DNA of 64,000 nucleotides from an uncultured Candidatus Binatia bacterium (GCA_965200965.1 OZ241744.1:704001-768000); one strand, 5' to 3'. Shown: positions 51,057-61,358, numbered from the stretch's first letter. Notes: generated from the letters alone by a model not told the origin. Translations and numbers: made by a program.

Positions 51057-51488
51057 TTGGCTGATGAAAACCGCTCCCGCCGGACCTGCCGCCACAGCGT
51101 CCGCGTCCGCTATGCCGAAACCGATCAGGCCGGCATGGCCCACCATTCGGCGTTCCTGCCCTGGTTTGAAGAGGGTCGGGTAGAGTTGCTGCGCAGCCTC
51201 GGCAAGCCCTACCAGCAGTTTGAGGCCGAGGGCATTCATTTCCCGGTGCGCGAAGCCTGCTGTCGCTACTGGCTGCCGGCCCGTTTTGACCAGGTGCTGA
51301 CGGTCAGCACCCGGGTGGAGCAGCTCAGGGGGGCGAGCGTCCGCTTTGGCTACTGCATCACGCGTGAGGCCGACCAAGCCCTGATCGCCGAGGGCCATAC
51401 CCTGCACGCCTGTGTAGATGACTCCGGCCGGGTGGCCCGTTTGCCGCTGGCGGTCCGCCGGCTGCTCTCGTCTCAGGGCATGCCCTGA
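51057..51488 (+). CDS. YbgC/FadM-family acyl-CoA thioesterase
   Basis: RVRYAETDQAG.AHH, WFEEGR. Confidence 0.88.
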   Translation: MADENRSRRTCRHSVRVRYAETDQAGMAHHSAFLPWFEEGRVELLRSLGKPYQQFEAEGIHFPVREACCRYWLPARFDQVLTVSTRVEQLRGASVRFGYCITREADQALIAEGHTLHACVDDSGRVARLPLAVRRLLSSQGMP

Positions 51489-52003
51489 CGGCGCTGTTCA
51501 AGGTAGCGCCTGCGCAGCCGTTTCAAAAAGGCGTGGGTGCGCGGCCAGCAGTAGTCCGGGTAGGTATAATCAAAGGGCTGAAACGCGCCGTGGTGGTAGC
51601 GGAGGGCGACCTCGGCGTAGATGCCGTGCGCCAGATAAATGCGGTGGGCCTGGTCTTTGGTTGAGGCCAGGACGAGCCTGGTGGAGTCAAGATAGCCCGG
51701 GTCGAGGTTCAGCCGGCGTGCCCCCTTCGGCGGACGGGTGAAGGACTGCTCAAGGCGATTGGTGTGGCACTTGATGGCGGCCAGCGCGGCCGGCGAGACC
51801 AGCCGCTCACAACTCAGAAAGCGACGCAGCAGCCCCGCGCCCATCTCCCGTTCGTAGTAGCGGCTCATGTCCCAGCGGAACACCTCGCTCCTGAAGTCAA
51901 CCGGGCCGTAGTCAGGCTCAAGCGCGCTCTCAGCCGCTGCGAACAGGGCTGGCTCCGCGGTCAGCAGGCCGACAAAGAGCTTGGCCGGGGCGGGTGAAGA
52001 CAT
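51473..52003 (-). CDS. DUF4416 family protein
   Basis: YYEREMG, NLDPGY, LASTK..HRIYL..GIYAE, YTYPDY. Confidence 0.85.
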   Translation of the reverse strand: MSSPAPAKLFVGLLTAEPALFAAAESALEPDYGPVDFRSEVFRWDMSRYYEREMGAGLLRRFLSCERLVSPAALAAIKCHTNRLEQSFTRPPKGARRLNLDPGYLDSTRLVLASTKDQAHRIYLAHGIYAEVALRYHHGAFQPFDYTYPDYCWPRTHAFLKRLRRRYLEQRRQGMP

Positions 52004-52017
52004 GGCCGCGCAGACAT

Positions 52018-53208
52018 TCAGCCTTTGAGCTCCAGCAGGCGGTCGTAGATAGCGTGGGCAACCGCGTCCTTGCTCATCTGGGCCAGGGGTTTGACCCGCC
52101 CGGTGCGGTCAATCAGGGTGACGATATTGGTGTCATAGGCAAAGCCCGCACCTTCCTGGGTCACGTCATTGGCCACGATCATGTCCAGGTTTTTGCTTCT
52201 CAGCTTGCGCTCGGCGTTGGCCAGTACATCTTCGGTTTCGGTGGCAAAGCCGACCAGCCGCCGCCGGCCCTTGTGCTGGCCGAGGCCGGCCAGAATATCC
52301 GGGTTGCGGTCCAGTTTGATGACAAACCCGCCGCCGGCCTTTTTGATTTTGTGGGGCGCAACGCTGGCCGGGCGATAGTCGGCAATAGCGGCCGCGGAGA
52401 CAACCATAGTTGCTCGCGGATAGGCCGCCAGGACCGCTTGCTGCATCTCGCAGGCGGTCCGCACCGGATGAAAATCAACCCCGCGTGGAGGCGTCAGCGC
52501 GGTCGGGCCGCTGACCAGGCTCACCTGCGCGCCCCGCCACTGGGCCACACGGGCCAGAGCATAGCCCATTTTGCCCGTTGAGCGGTTGGTCATATAGCGG
52601 ACCGGGTCAATCGGCTCACAGTTGGGACCGGCAGTGACAATGATACGCTCCTGGCCGAGGTCCTTTTTGGTCAGGACTGCTTGAAGGTCTTCGAGAATAT
52701 CGGCCGGTTCGGCCAGGCGGCCCTGGCCTTCATAGCCACAGGCCAGCTCACCGGCACCAGGCTCGACAAGGTGATAGCCGATGCCGGTCAGCTTGCGCAG
52801 ATGTTCCTGCACCAGCGGGTGGGCGTACATATGGACATTCATGGCCGGCGCGATCAGGACTGGAGCGGTGGTGGCCAGCAGCACGGTGGTCAGCAGGTCG
52901 TCGGCCAAGCCGTTGGCGAGCTTGGCCAGGATGTTGGCGGTCGCCGGCGCGACCAGCGCCAGGTCGGCACTATCGGCCAGGCGGATATGGCCGATTTCGG
53001 ATTCCTGGGTCAGGTCAAAAGTATCGGTTGAGACCGGGTTGCCCGAGAGGGTCTGGAGGGTCAGCGGCGTTATGAACTCTTGGGCGTTTGCGGTCATGAT
53101 GACCCGCACCTTGGCCCCGGCTTTGACCAGCAGACGAACGAGTTCTGCCGCCTTGTAGGCCGCGATGCCGCCGCTGACACCAAGCACAATCTGTTGTCCG
53201 TCCAGCAT
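52018..53208 (-). CDS. coaBC: Phosphopantothenoylcysteine decarboxylase/ligase
   Basis: GGIAAYK, APATAN, PAMN, LACG, IDPVRY.TNRSTGKMG, GFATET. Confidence 0.97.
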   Translation of the reverse strand: MLDGQQIVLGVSGGIAAYKAAELVRLLVKAGAKVRVIMTANAQEFITPLTLQTLSGNPVSTDTFDLTQESEIGHIRLADSADLALVAPATANILAKLANGLADDLLTTVLLATTAPVLIAPAMNVHMYAHPLVQEHLRKLTGIGYHLVEPGAGELACGYEGQGRLAEPADILEDLQAVLTKKDLGQERIIVTAGPNCEPIDPVRYMTNRSTGKMGYALARVAQWRGAQVSLVSGPTALTPPRGVDFHPVRTACEMQQAVLAAYPRATMVVSAAAIADYRPASVAPHKIKKAGGGFVIKLDRNPDILAGLGQHKGRRRLVGFATETEDVLANAERKLRSKNLDMIVANDVTQEGAGFAYDTNIVTLIDRTGRVKPLAQMSKDAVAHAIYDRLLELKG

Positions 53209-53299
53209 ACGCCTCCCGCCTTGTGTGTCAGTGTAGCGCCTATCCGCTCAGGAGTATACCGATTGGGCCCGGCTGGTACGAGGCCGGCAGGGCCACATG

Positions 53300-56200
53300 C
53301 TACGAACCGGCCTGATTCTGCCGGGCGGCTACCAGCTCGGCGAGGGTGGTGGGGAGGGTCTGGGGGGTGCGGCAGACCAGAAAGGCCCACTCGCCCAAGT
53401 GGCCCCAGTGATTGACCGCGGCTATCCAGCGCTTTGCCGCCTGATGCTTTGCGTCCGTGTCGCTGTACGATCTGCCCTTGATTTCCAAAACGACATGGAC
53501 CTCATTCGTCAGCCGGACGATGAAATCGGGTTCGTACACCCGGCTGCCGTGGAGTTCGTAGGGGATAGTGAACTCCAGGTGTTCGTTGCGGGCATAGCAC
53601 TCGACGAGTCCGTCAAGGGCCAGCTGTTCGATCTGAAACATGGCCGCCTGCTCCCAGGTGTCGGTGTCGCAGGCTACATAGTTCAGATGGCTGGCCCGGG
53701 TAGCCCGGACCGGCTTGACGGTCTTGAAGTGGACCGAGGCGGTGCTGCCGATGGGCCGATAGCGGTTCAGCCGCGGCAGCCGCGGCGCTTCGCCCCTGGC
53801 CTCATCGGGCCGGATGGCGGCCACGAGCAGGCTCACGATGCGCTGGGCGTAGGTCTGGAGTCCTATGTCGCAGGGGTGCAGGCCGTTCAGTTCCACGCGC
53901 TCGCGGATGTAGTCGTGAACGATCCGAAGCGCCTGGGGGAACAGGGCGTGGCGGCTTTCCTGTTGCAGCCCTTCCTTGCCGGGGTGGGCAGTGTTGGTGA
54001 TCAGCCGCACAATTTCTCCGGCGATGATGAAGGCGATAGTCTGGGGGTGGACAGCGGCGTAGTACTGCTGTCGGTCTACTTCCTCAAACCCGAAGCCCCC
54101 GTACATCCCCGGGCTGCCGAACTGGTAGCCGACCTGTGGCCGGACGAAAGCCGCGGTCGGCGTAGTCCACGGGTCGAGCGAGGTCCGCTCCACCGCATCA
54201 AGCTCGCACGCTATGCGATCCCTGTTCAGGACCGCGACATAGCCCTCGACAATCGGAAACCTGATCTCAAAGCGCTGGCGCTCGGGCAGGGCCGTGACCT
54301 CGTGCTTGGGCCGGTCTTCCGGCCGCGGGCCGTGGCCCGGCTGGCGGCCTTTGAACGGAATGAGCGAGAAGGGCACACCGAAAATATCAACATACTCGGC
54401 GGTCAGATGCCCGGTCTTGGGGTCGGGCGTGTAGTCCATGCGGCGCAGCCCCCGGCCAATGACCTGCTCGCACAGCAGTTGGCTGTGGAAGGCACGCAAG
54501 CCCAGGATATGGGTGACGTTGTTGGCGTCCCAGCCCTCGCTCAGCATGTTGACGCTGACCACGCAGCGGATGCCTCCCCCGGGCGTACCCGGAACGCCTA
54601 TGCTTGCGACGGTCTTGCGCAGTTCCTCCGCGGCATCTTTGCGGCTGGCGGTGAGGTCCTGGCTTTCGGCCGCGGCCAGCAGCCTGGAGTCAATCCGCAA
54701 GGTGACTTGTGCGCCGGACTGGTTCCACAGCTCGGGAAAACCGCCGAGGCCGGCGCTGTAGCGCTTTGTCGTCTGCTTCCGGCTACTCTTGGGCCGGCTG
54801 TCGTCGTCCAGCGTGTCCCCGTCCGCCGCTTCTTCGCCCGAGATCATCTTGTGAAGATGCTCGGCAATGTCGGTGTTGTCGCACACGACAATCAGTACCG
54901 GCGGGGTCTGCTCCTGGCCCGGGGTGGCGGCCTGGAGTTGATTGAATCGCTCTTTCCACTGGCCGGCCAGGGTGAGCAGGGCGTCTTCGGCCCGCCGCCA
55001 AGCGGCATCGGGCTTTGGCTTGCCGCCCGGCAGCCGCTCGCCCGGCCCGAGGCTGCGGGTCACATGCTCCCATAGCTTGAAGTACACCGGGTCGGGCCGG
55101 CCGGTACTGTCCATCGCCGGCAGCCGCGGAATTTTGGTGATGCCCGATTCAATGGCGTCTACCAGACTGAAATCGCTGACGATCCACGGGAAGGGCGAGC
55201 CCGCGGGGTAGCCGCTGCCCTGGAGATAGAAGGGCGTTGCCGACAGGTCTACGCACAGGCCGATGCCGCAGGCGGCGTTGAGCCTGTCCAGGCCGCTGAC
55301 CCAGACGGTGGCTTCCTCGCGGTCGGTTTTTTCCTCCGCGGACAGCCTGGCGGTGACGGGCGCGGGCCGATAGGCGTGGTGGCCCTCGTCGTTCAGGACC
55401 AGCAGCGGCTCGTCGTCCCACAGCGCGCCGAGGCGGGCTCGGGCAAAGGCTTCGGGCGTCTCTTCTCCCAGCCGGCCGACCGTCACCCCGCCCACCCGCA
55501 CGGCCTCGGACTCTGGGCTGAGCCGGTGCCAGTTCGTGACCAGCACCTTGCCCTTGGCCAGCTCGGGCCGCAGCGCGGACGGAACCAGGTCGAAGCGGTC
55601 ATAATAGTTGCCCGGCTCGTCGGGCCGCAGCACCCTCAGGCGCTCTTTGATCGTCAGGTTGGGGCATAGGACCAGGGTCCGACAGGGATAGGCCGGCTCG
55701 TTCGGCTGCCGGCCCCGGTTGCAGAAGGCCCAGGCGATGAGCATGGCCATGACCACGGTTTTGCCGGAGCCGGTGGCCATTTTGCAGGCGTAGCGCGGGA
55801 TGGGCCGCAAGCCCGGAGCGTTGGGCAGGTCGGTCAGTTTTGGATGCTGGGCAACCTGCGCCACCCATTCCTGGGGCCGGGGGTTCTGGCCGGCCTCCAG
55901 CAATCTGAAGTCATCCAGACCGAGCCGAGGCCGCCAGCGCAGGTTCTTGCCCATCGCCAGGATTTCGCGGAGGTAGATGACGGTCTCAACCGCCTCCAAC
56001 TGGCAGAAGAACAGCCGTCGGGGGCGGTCTTCGCGCCACCAGTGGCGGAGCAGGCTGCGGGTAGTTTCTGAGGCATGGGGCCACTTGGCTTGTCGCCATC
56101 GACGCACATCGTCCCGCAGCGCGTTGACCAGCGGCAGGTCGTCCCGTTCTTCTTCGGCCAGCAGGGAGAGTTGGGCGCTGCCGGTGCGCTCGGTCTTGTA

Positions 56201-56344
56201 CCAGTAGCTCGCCTCCCGGCGGGCCCGGACCTTTGCCGGCTGGCCAGTGCGGGTGTCGTAGCGCCAGTGCTGGTCAGGCTCTGCGTAGGGGGAGCACAGG
56301 ATGGGGTCTTCGACCGGCTGAATGGGAATCTGGCTTTCCGGCAT
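53300..56344 (-). CDS. Type III-like restriction subunit (helicase plus PD-(D/E)xK; BPTD_3080-like)
   Basis: FFCQLEA, MATGSGKT, NDEGHH, MLSEGWD, EQVIGRGLRR, YEPDF...LEIKG. Confidence 0.9.
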   Translation of the reverse strand: MPESQIPIQPVEDPILCSPYAEPDQHWRYDTRTGQPAKVRARREASYWYKTERTGSAQLSLLAEEERDDLPLVNALRDDVRRWRQAKWPHASETTRSLLRHWWREDRPRRLFFCQLEAVETVIYLREILAMGKNLRWRPRLGLDDFRLLEAGQNPRPQEWVAQVAQHPKLTDLPNAPGLRPIPRYACKMATGSGKTVVMAMLIAWAFCNRGRQPNEPAYPCRTLVLCPNLTIKERLRVLRPDEPGNYYDRFDLVPSALRPELAKGKVLVTNWHRLSPESEAVRVGGVTVGRLGEETPEAFARARLGALWDDEPLLVLNDEGHHAYRPAPVTARLSAEEKTDREEATVWVSGLDRLNAACGIGLCVDLSATPFYLQGSGYPAGSPFPWIVSDFSLVDAIESGITKIPRLPAMDSTGRPDPVYFKLWEHVTRSLGPGERLPGGKPKPDAAWRRAEDALLTLAGQWKERFNQLQAATPGQEQTPPVLIVVCDNTDIAEHLHKMISGEEAADGDTLDDDSRPKSSRKQTTKRYSAGLGGFPELWNQSGAQVTLRIDSRLLAAAESQDLTASRKDAAEELRKTVASIGVPGTPGGGIRCVVSVNMLSEGWDANNVTHILGLRAFHSQLLCEQVIGRGLRRMDYTPDPKTGHLTAEYVDIFGVPFSLIPFKGRQPGHGPRPEDRPKHEVTALPERQRFEIRFPIVEGYVAVLNRDRIACELDAVERTSLDPWTTPTAAFVRPQVGYQFGSPGMYGGFGFEEVDRQQYYAAVHPQTIAFIIAGEIVRLITNTAHPGKEGLQQESRHALFPQALRIVHDYIRERVELNGLHPCDIGLQTYAQRIVSLLVAAIRPDEARGEAPRLPRLNRYRPIGSTASVHFKTVKPVRATRASHLNYVACDTDTWEQAAMFQIEQLALDGLVECYARNEHLEFTIPYELHGSRVYEPDFIVRLTNEVHVVLEIKGRSYSDTDAKHQAAKRWIAAVNHWGHLGEWAFLVCRTPQTLPTTLAELVAARQNQAGS

Positions 56345-56347
56345 GGC

Positions 56348-56914
56348 TTAATACTCTTGAAGGCGTTCTGCAATTCGATCCCGCAAGTCCTGTAGCTCGG
56401 GGCACAATTGAAACAGAAGCGGCAGGTTTTGAAGCGTTGCTTCAACCATCCGGTCCCTGCCGCCGCCCGCTCGTCGGGGGTCGCCGTGCTTTTGGAGCAG
56501 GGGTTGAAAAATCTCTTCCTTCATCCGCGGATGGGCGCATACATCATCCCAGCGTTCCGGGATGTCGTTGCGAAACGCCGCGCACGCATATATTTCCACT
56601 TCCGGTTGCGCGGGGCAGCACAGCAAGCCTATACCTTGCACGGCCCTCTTTTCCTCCAAACTCCGCGTGGTATCGTCTTTGGCTTTGTCGGCGTCGGGGA
56701 AGAACAGCCACAGGTCCATGTGGCGGTACCGTTCGGCAAGATTGGTGCGAATGGCCCTCACGGCTTGGTCATAGCCGCGCAGCCTCGGATTGGCCAGCAC
56801 GGTCACCTTGGCTGCCGGCTTGCCGGCGGCCGCCACAATGGCCTTGGTCAGGGGCTTCAGGATGTAACCGTTCAGGGTTGGATCTTCTGGAATGACCAGC
56901 ACTCTGAAACTCAT
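56348..56914 (-). CDS. TOPRIM-like (RloB/DUF4276-type) partner of ABC ATPase
   Basis: VLVIPED, LFFPDAD (DxD), EVE; start overlaps the ATPase stop (ATGA). Confidence 0.65.
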   Translation of the reverse strand: MSFRVLVIPEDPTLNGYILKPLTKAIVAAAGKPAAKVTVLANPRLRGYDQAVRAIRTNLAERYRHMDLWLFFPDADKAKDDTTRSLEEKRAVQGIGLLCCPAQPEVEIYACAAFRNDIPERWDDVCAHPRMKEEIFQPLLQKHGDPRRAGGGRDRMVEATLQNLPLLFQLCPELQDLRDRIAERLQEY

Positions 56915-58170
56915 GCTGTAGTTTCCAGCCAGCCTTCTGCAAACAGTTCGGAAACGGGCGTCTTTTGGGCGGCGGCGTGGAAGTGGGGCACCTTGGCCAG
57001 GGCGCGGATGCGTGATTTGCTGGTGGCTTCGTCCCGCTGGCAGAAGAAGGTCGTTTGGTACTCCTCTTCCTGGAGCCAGTCCAACACGGTCGCCGAGTGG
57101 GTGGTTGCCACGACCTGTGTCCGCGTGGCTTTGGCCTGACTCCGCAGCAGTTCCAGCAGAAGTTGCAGACGGCTGGCATGAATGCCGTTTTCAACTTCCT
57201 CAATCGTCAGCAGGTAGGGCCTGTCGGGCTGGAAGAAGGCCGCGGCCAGGGCGGCGAAACGCAAGGTGCCGTCGCTCAGGACCGGCGCGGGAAACCTGTG
57301 GCCACCCTCCTGAAGCATGAACATGGGTTCGCCGAGTGCGCCGTCCAGGGTTCCCACATCGTCTATCTCTTCGGGGCGGAGCAGGCCTAGCCACGACAGA
57401 TAGGCGTCCTTGGTTGATTTGTTCTGGCAGATCGTTTTGACCAGGGCGGCGAAGTTCTCCCCACGCTCGCCCATGCGTTGGATGGAAAGTGCTTGAGAGT
57501 AGTCCCGGAGAATCCCAGGAAGCGGATCAAGCCCCTGCATGTTTGCTAAAGCCTGTGATACTTCATATGCGAGATTGGCGTGTCCATCCTCTGGCCCTTT
57601 TGCACCACCCGCGGCGAACTGTGTCAGCACGGGGCGTGAACTCTCGAACTTCAGGCGAGGCGGCCTTCCTCGCTGCTGTTTGTAATACCGCACATCCAGG
57701 GTAGGGCCACTTTGGGAAACCTCACCAGAGTCATACAGCTTTTTTCTGACATGGAGATTTTCGCGTGTCACCTTCCCCTCCTCCGGCGAGAAAGCAATCA
57801 GAAATTGCCACGGGCAAGGTGTTCTTCTGCGAATTGGGAACTTCCCGGGCTTGTATCTGCCCATACGGCTGCCGCTCGCAAAACTGCCTTTGACGGTAAT
57901 CCGTACCTCTCCGCTGTCCGAACCGGTATAAAGAGTCTTCAGTTTTCCCCCGCGGATGCCTTCCCAGACCTCATTGGTGGCGCTTCTGGGCTTGCCGTCA
58001 AGAATTTCGCTGATGGTGAAGCCGCTGCCTATACCCTGGAGCACCCGCAGTACATCCAGAAAGTTGGATTTGCCGCTGGCATTGGTGCCGATGAACAGGT
58101 TGACCTCTCCCAGGTCCAGGTCCACCTTGTGCAGGCTTTTGAAGTTTTCGATGATGAGGTGGGTAATCAT
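56911..58170 (-). CDS. Soluble ABC/AAA_21-type ATPase
   Basis: IENFKS, Walker A GTNASGKS, signature LSDGTLR, Walker B IEEVENGIH, TTHS. Confidence 0.92.
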   Translation of the reverse strand: MITHLIIENFKSLHKVDLDLGEVNLFIGTNASGKSNFLDVLRVLQGIGSGFTISEILDGKPRSATNEVWEGIRGGKLKTLYTGSDSGEVRITVKGSFASGSRMGRYKPGKFPIRRRTPCPWQFLIAFSPEEGKVTRENLHVRKKLYDSGEVSQSGPTLDVRYYKQQRGRPPRLKFESSRPVLTQFAAGGAKGPEDGHANLAYEVSQALANMQGLDPLPGILRDYSQALSIQRMGERGENFAALVKTICQNKSTKDAYLSWLGLLRPEEIDDVGTLDGALGEPMFMLQEGGHRFPAPVLSDGTLRFAALAAAFFQPDRPYLLTIEEVENGIHASRLQLLLELLRSQAKATRTQVVATTHSATVLDWLQEEEYQTTFFCQRDEATSKSRIRALAKVPHFHAAAQKTPVSELFAEGWLETTA

Positions 58171-61100
58171 GGGGTGGCTGCTGTGACGCTGAGGACGCGC
58201 AGACCCTCGTTGCCGCGGGGGTCGATCATTTTGACGGCGATGCGCCACGGTGCGCCGGCTGGCAAGCGGGCGGGGCGGGGGAAGGGCAGGCTGGTCAGGC
58301 CGCTGAGGGCGTCAAAGGCGGTGCGATCAATGACGCCGGCGTCACCAAGGGCGCGGGCGAGGCGGTCCCACTTGGTCTTGTCGGGAAAGAATGCCTGGCA
58401 GATGCAGAAGGTCCGCCCGTCATAGTCGGTGTCCAGAAACCAGGCGGCGATGCGCTGCCGGTCGGTCGGGAAGAGGGTGTTGCTGACCGGGTCGTAGACA
58501 TCCATGCCTTCGACTTCGACGGTGTAGTTGCCGTCCGACTGGCGGGCCGGGCCAGTGACCCGGGGTGCGCTGAAGACGGCGAAGAGTTGGCTGCCGGGCT
58601 GGGTTTTGAGCAGGTCGCCCATTGCCACATCGGGGCGGATCAGGGCCATGTGCAGCCGCAGGCGGGGGTGGCCGGCGGCTTCGATCGCCTCTTGGGCCGC
58701 GGCATCAAAGCCGAAGCCGGCAAACACCAGCTCATCATAACCGGTCCGGTTGGCGTCGCGGACCGCCTCTTCGACCTGCATGGCGGTGATGTTGCCGACC
58801 TCGGGGCCGATGCTGACGGCAACCCGCGGGTCTGCCTGTCCGTCGCCCTCCTCTCGCTCTGATGACCCGTTCTCGAGCCAGCCGCCTTCGGCGTGCAGCA
58901 GGGCCGGGCCGGCCAGCGGTTCAAGGCGGTCGAACTGCATGGTCGCGTTGCCCGGAAAGTCTACGCCGGCGGCCCTGAGCAGGCGGATGACCCTATCGAT
59001 ATGGGCTTCGGCGTTGGCAACGGCCCCGGTGTTGTCAAACGCCTCTAACTCCTCATCAGACTCCGCATCAGAGGCCGGCATATCCAGGCCGTCTTCAAGC
59101 GCGATCACGCCCTCCATTGTGAACGGGCCGGCCACGCGCAGCGTACTCTTGACGAGCTCCGGCTTGTCCACCAACTCTTCTGAGGCGGCGTTGGCGGCAA
59201 TGCAAGCGTTCACCTCGTCCATCTTGGCCCGCCAAGCCGCCCGGTAGGCGGTCAGGGCGGCTTGGAGCGGCTGCGGCCAGTCGGGGTCAGCATCAAACGG
59301 GACCTGCCATGCCTGCCAAGTCTGGCCCGGAATCTTGGCCCGGTAGTTTTCGACCTGGCGGGCGGTCAGGCCCTTGAGCGGTTTGCGGGCCGGGGCGGTC
59401 TTGAGCCAGCCGGGATGTGTGCCGGGCAGCAGCCAGCGGCGCAACTCGGCGTCGGTGACGGCGTTGGCCCCCTGCTCGCGGTGCTTGGCGATGAGTTTGG
59501 CCGCCAGGCTGGCCTTCAGCTCATCGCCGACCGTGGCAAGCGCATGGTTCAGGTCGGCCAGCCTGGCGGCCAGGATGGGGTCATGCTTGGCAAAGATAGG
59601 GTCAAGCGAGGTATTGCGGGCAATGCTGCGCAGGGTGATATGGGGCACGGTTTTGCACTGGAAGGTCAGCGGCTTGCCGCTCCGGTCCCCATCCGTGCCG
59701 GCGATCCAGGTTCCGCGCGGGTTGCGCTCCAGGTCTTCGGCGTTCAGTTCGCGCAAGCGGTAATAATCGAACTTGGCCGTCATCAGCCGGTGCTTGGCCA
59801 GGGCCAGGGCTACCCGGCTGGTATCAATCGTAATCCAGCGTCGGCCCCACTGCTCAGCCACATAGGCCGTTGTGCCGCTGCCGCAGGTCGGGTCCAGCAC
59901 CAAATCCCCCGGGTCCGTCGTCATCAGCATACACCGCTTTACTACTTCTGCCCCCGTCTGAGTCGTGTATATCTTCGGATCATTGCGACTCTGTACCCCG
60001 CCCGTTACATCGTTCCAGAAATTCGTTAGCGCCCAAGCTCCGAAATCGTCAAAATATTTCTTGAAACGAATGGTATCGCCAGCGGGTAAGACTCGTTCAC
60101 AGCCTAAGAGCCGTCTCATTCCATCTTCGCTTGTTCGCCATCCGCCGGCCGTTGGCGACCACATTTTGCCCTGATACGGCACTTGAAAGAGCGTGGTTGC
60201 ACTTCCACTACGCGAGGTCAGTCCTTGATCTGTGAAGAAGCGCCAGTCGCTCTCCGGTAGTTGATCCACATTATCGCTCCTTACGGAATTGATGTTTCTG
60301 ACTTCCCCGTTGGCTTTCGATTCCGCCTTCCGGTAGCGTGTGGCTCCCTCCTCGCCAATGTCCAACTCAGCGTTCAGTTGTCTATAACGTCGGGCCGCCT
60401 TTTCCTTGTCGCGGGCAAACCAAATCAGGTAGTTGCAGACGGAATCAATAAATTCACCGCTGAGGCCAATTGATGTCCGATAGGTGATCTCGGCGATGAA
60501 GTTCTGCGGCTGAAATAGCTCTTCCAGAATCATTCTGACATAGTGACGGTTGTCTTCTCCGATCTGGACGAAGATGCTGCCGGTGTCGGTGAGCAGTTCG
60601 CGGGCCATTGCCAGCCGGTCGCGCAAATAGGCCAGGTAGGAATGGATGCCGAGGGTCCAGGTGTCGCGGTAGGCTTTGACCATCTCCGGCTCGCGGGTGA
60701 GGTCTTGCTGGCGGTCTTTGACATCGCGCTGGCCGAGCTGGGGCTGAAAGTTGGAGGCAAAGCGGATGCCGTAGGGGGGGTCGAGGTAGATCATCTGGAC
60801 CTTGCCGGCCAAGTCTTCACGGCGGGCCAAGCTGGCCATGACCTGAAGCGAGTCGCCCAGGATCATGCGGTTGGCCCAGTCTACATTGTGGCGGTAGAAC
60901 TGCACGGCCTGGGCGTAGTCGTGCTGGGGGTCGGCGAACAGCTCGCGCTGTACATCCTGGCGGGCCAGCGCCCGCAAAATCGCTTGGGTGGATACCCGCT
61001 CGTGCATGTGCAGGGCCACCGGCTCGACCTCAAACCAGGGGCGTTCGCGCTTGCCGCTCCACTCCAGCCAGGGTTCGTGGCGTTTGAGGGCCCGGGCCAG

Positions 61101-61358
61101 CACCTTGGCCTCGGCCCCGGTGAGCGGCCGCTGACGGGCGACGGCCAGCAGCTCGGGCAGGGCGTCAGCCGCGGCGGCATCTGGTGCAGAGCGCAGGACC
61201 GGCGGCAGGTGCGGGTTGTAGTGATGGGTGAAGCGTGGCGCGTCTTGGACCGTGCTGTGCGATTCCAGGCCGGCCGGCGGGATGTTCTTGCGGGTGGCCG
61301 GGTAGCTGAGGGAGGCGACGGCGTGGCCGTCTGGGTGCGCTTTTTTTCTGCGTGGCAT
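58167..61358 (-). CDS. Type III-like Mod adenine DNA methyltransferase
   Basis: ILGDSL, YLDPPYG, LDPTCGSGTT, FLDTDYDG, VKMIDPRGNE. Confidence 0.92.
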   Translation of the reverse strand: MPRRKKAHPDGHAVASLSYPATRKNIPPAGLESHSTVQDAPRFTHHYNPHLPPVLRSAPDAAAADALPELLAVARQRPLTGAEAKVLARALKRHEPWLEWSGKRERPWFEVEPVALHMHERVSTQAILRALARQDVQRELFADPQHDYAQAVQFYRHNVDWANRMILGDSLQVMASLARREDLAGKVQMIYLDPPYGIRFASNFQPQLGQRDVKDRQQDLTREPEMVKAYRDTWTLGIHSYLAYLRDRLAMARELLTDTGSIFVQIGEDNRHYVRMILEELFQPQNFIAEITYRTSIGLSGEFIDSVCNYLIWFARDKEKAARRYRQLNAELDIGEEGATRYRKAESKANGEVRNINSVRSDNVDQLPESDWRFFTDQGLTSRSGSATTLFQVPYQGKMWSPTAGGWRTSEDGMRRLLGCERVLPAGDTIRFKKYFDDFGAWALTNFWNDVTGGVQSRNDPKIYTTQTGAEVVKRCMLMTTDPGDLVLDPTCGSGTTAYVAEQWGRRWITIDTSRVALALAKHRLMTAKFDYYRLRELNAEDLERNPRGTWIAGTDGDRSGKPLTFQCKTVPHITLRSIARNTSLDPIFAKHDPILAARLADLNHALATVGDELKASLAAKLIAKHREQGANAVTDAELRRWLLPGTHPGWLKTAPARKPLKGLTARQVENYRAKIPGQTWQAWQVPFDADPDWPQPLQAALTAYRAAWRAKMDEVNACIAANAASEELVDKPELVKSTLRVAGPFTMEGVIALEDGLDMPASDAESDEELEAFDNTGAVANAEAHIDRVIRLLRAAGVDFPGNATMQFDRLEPLAGPALLHAEGGWLENGSSEREEGDGQADPRVAVSIGPEVGNITAMQVEEAVRDANRTGYDELVFAGFGFDAAAQEAIEAAGHPRLRLHMALIRPDVAMGDLLKTQPGSQLFAVFSAPRVTGPARQSDGNYTVEVEGMDVYDPVSNTLFPTDRQRIAAWFLDTDYDGRTFCICQAFFPDKTKWDRLARALGDAGVIDRTAFDALSGLTSLPFPRPARLPAGAPWRIAVKMIDPRGNEGLRVLSVTAATP

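Noticed and set aside
53297-55075. Long antisense ORFs (here and e.g. 8152-9690, 4047-5579, 32358-33749)
   Set aside because: Shadow frames of well-supported genes in GC-rich DNA, with no motifs
61341-61347. Phase-variable tract at the mod 5' end
   Set aside because: Only 7 A residues within Arg-Lys-Lys codons; too short to support slippage
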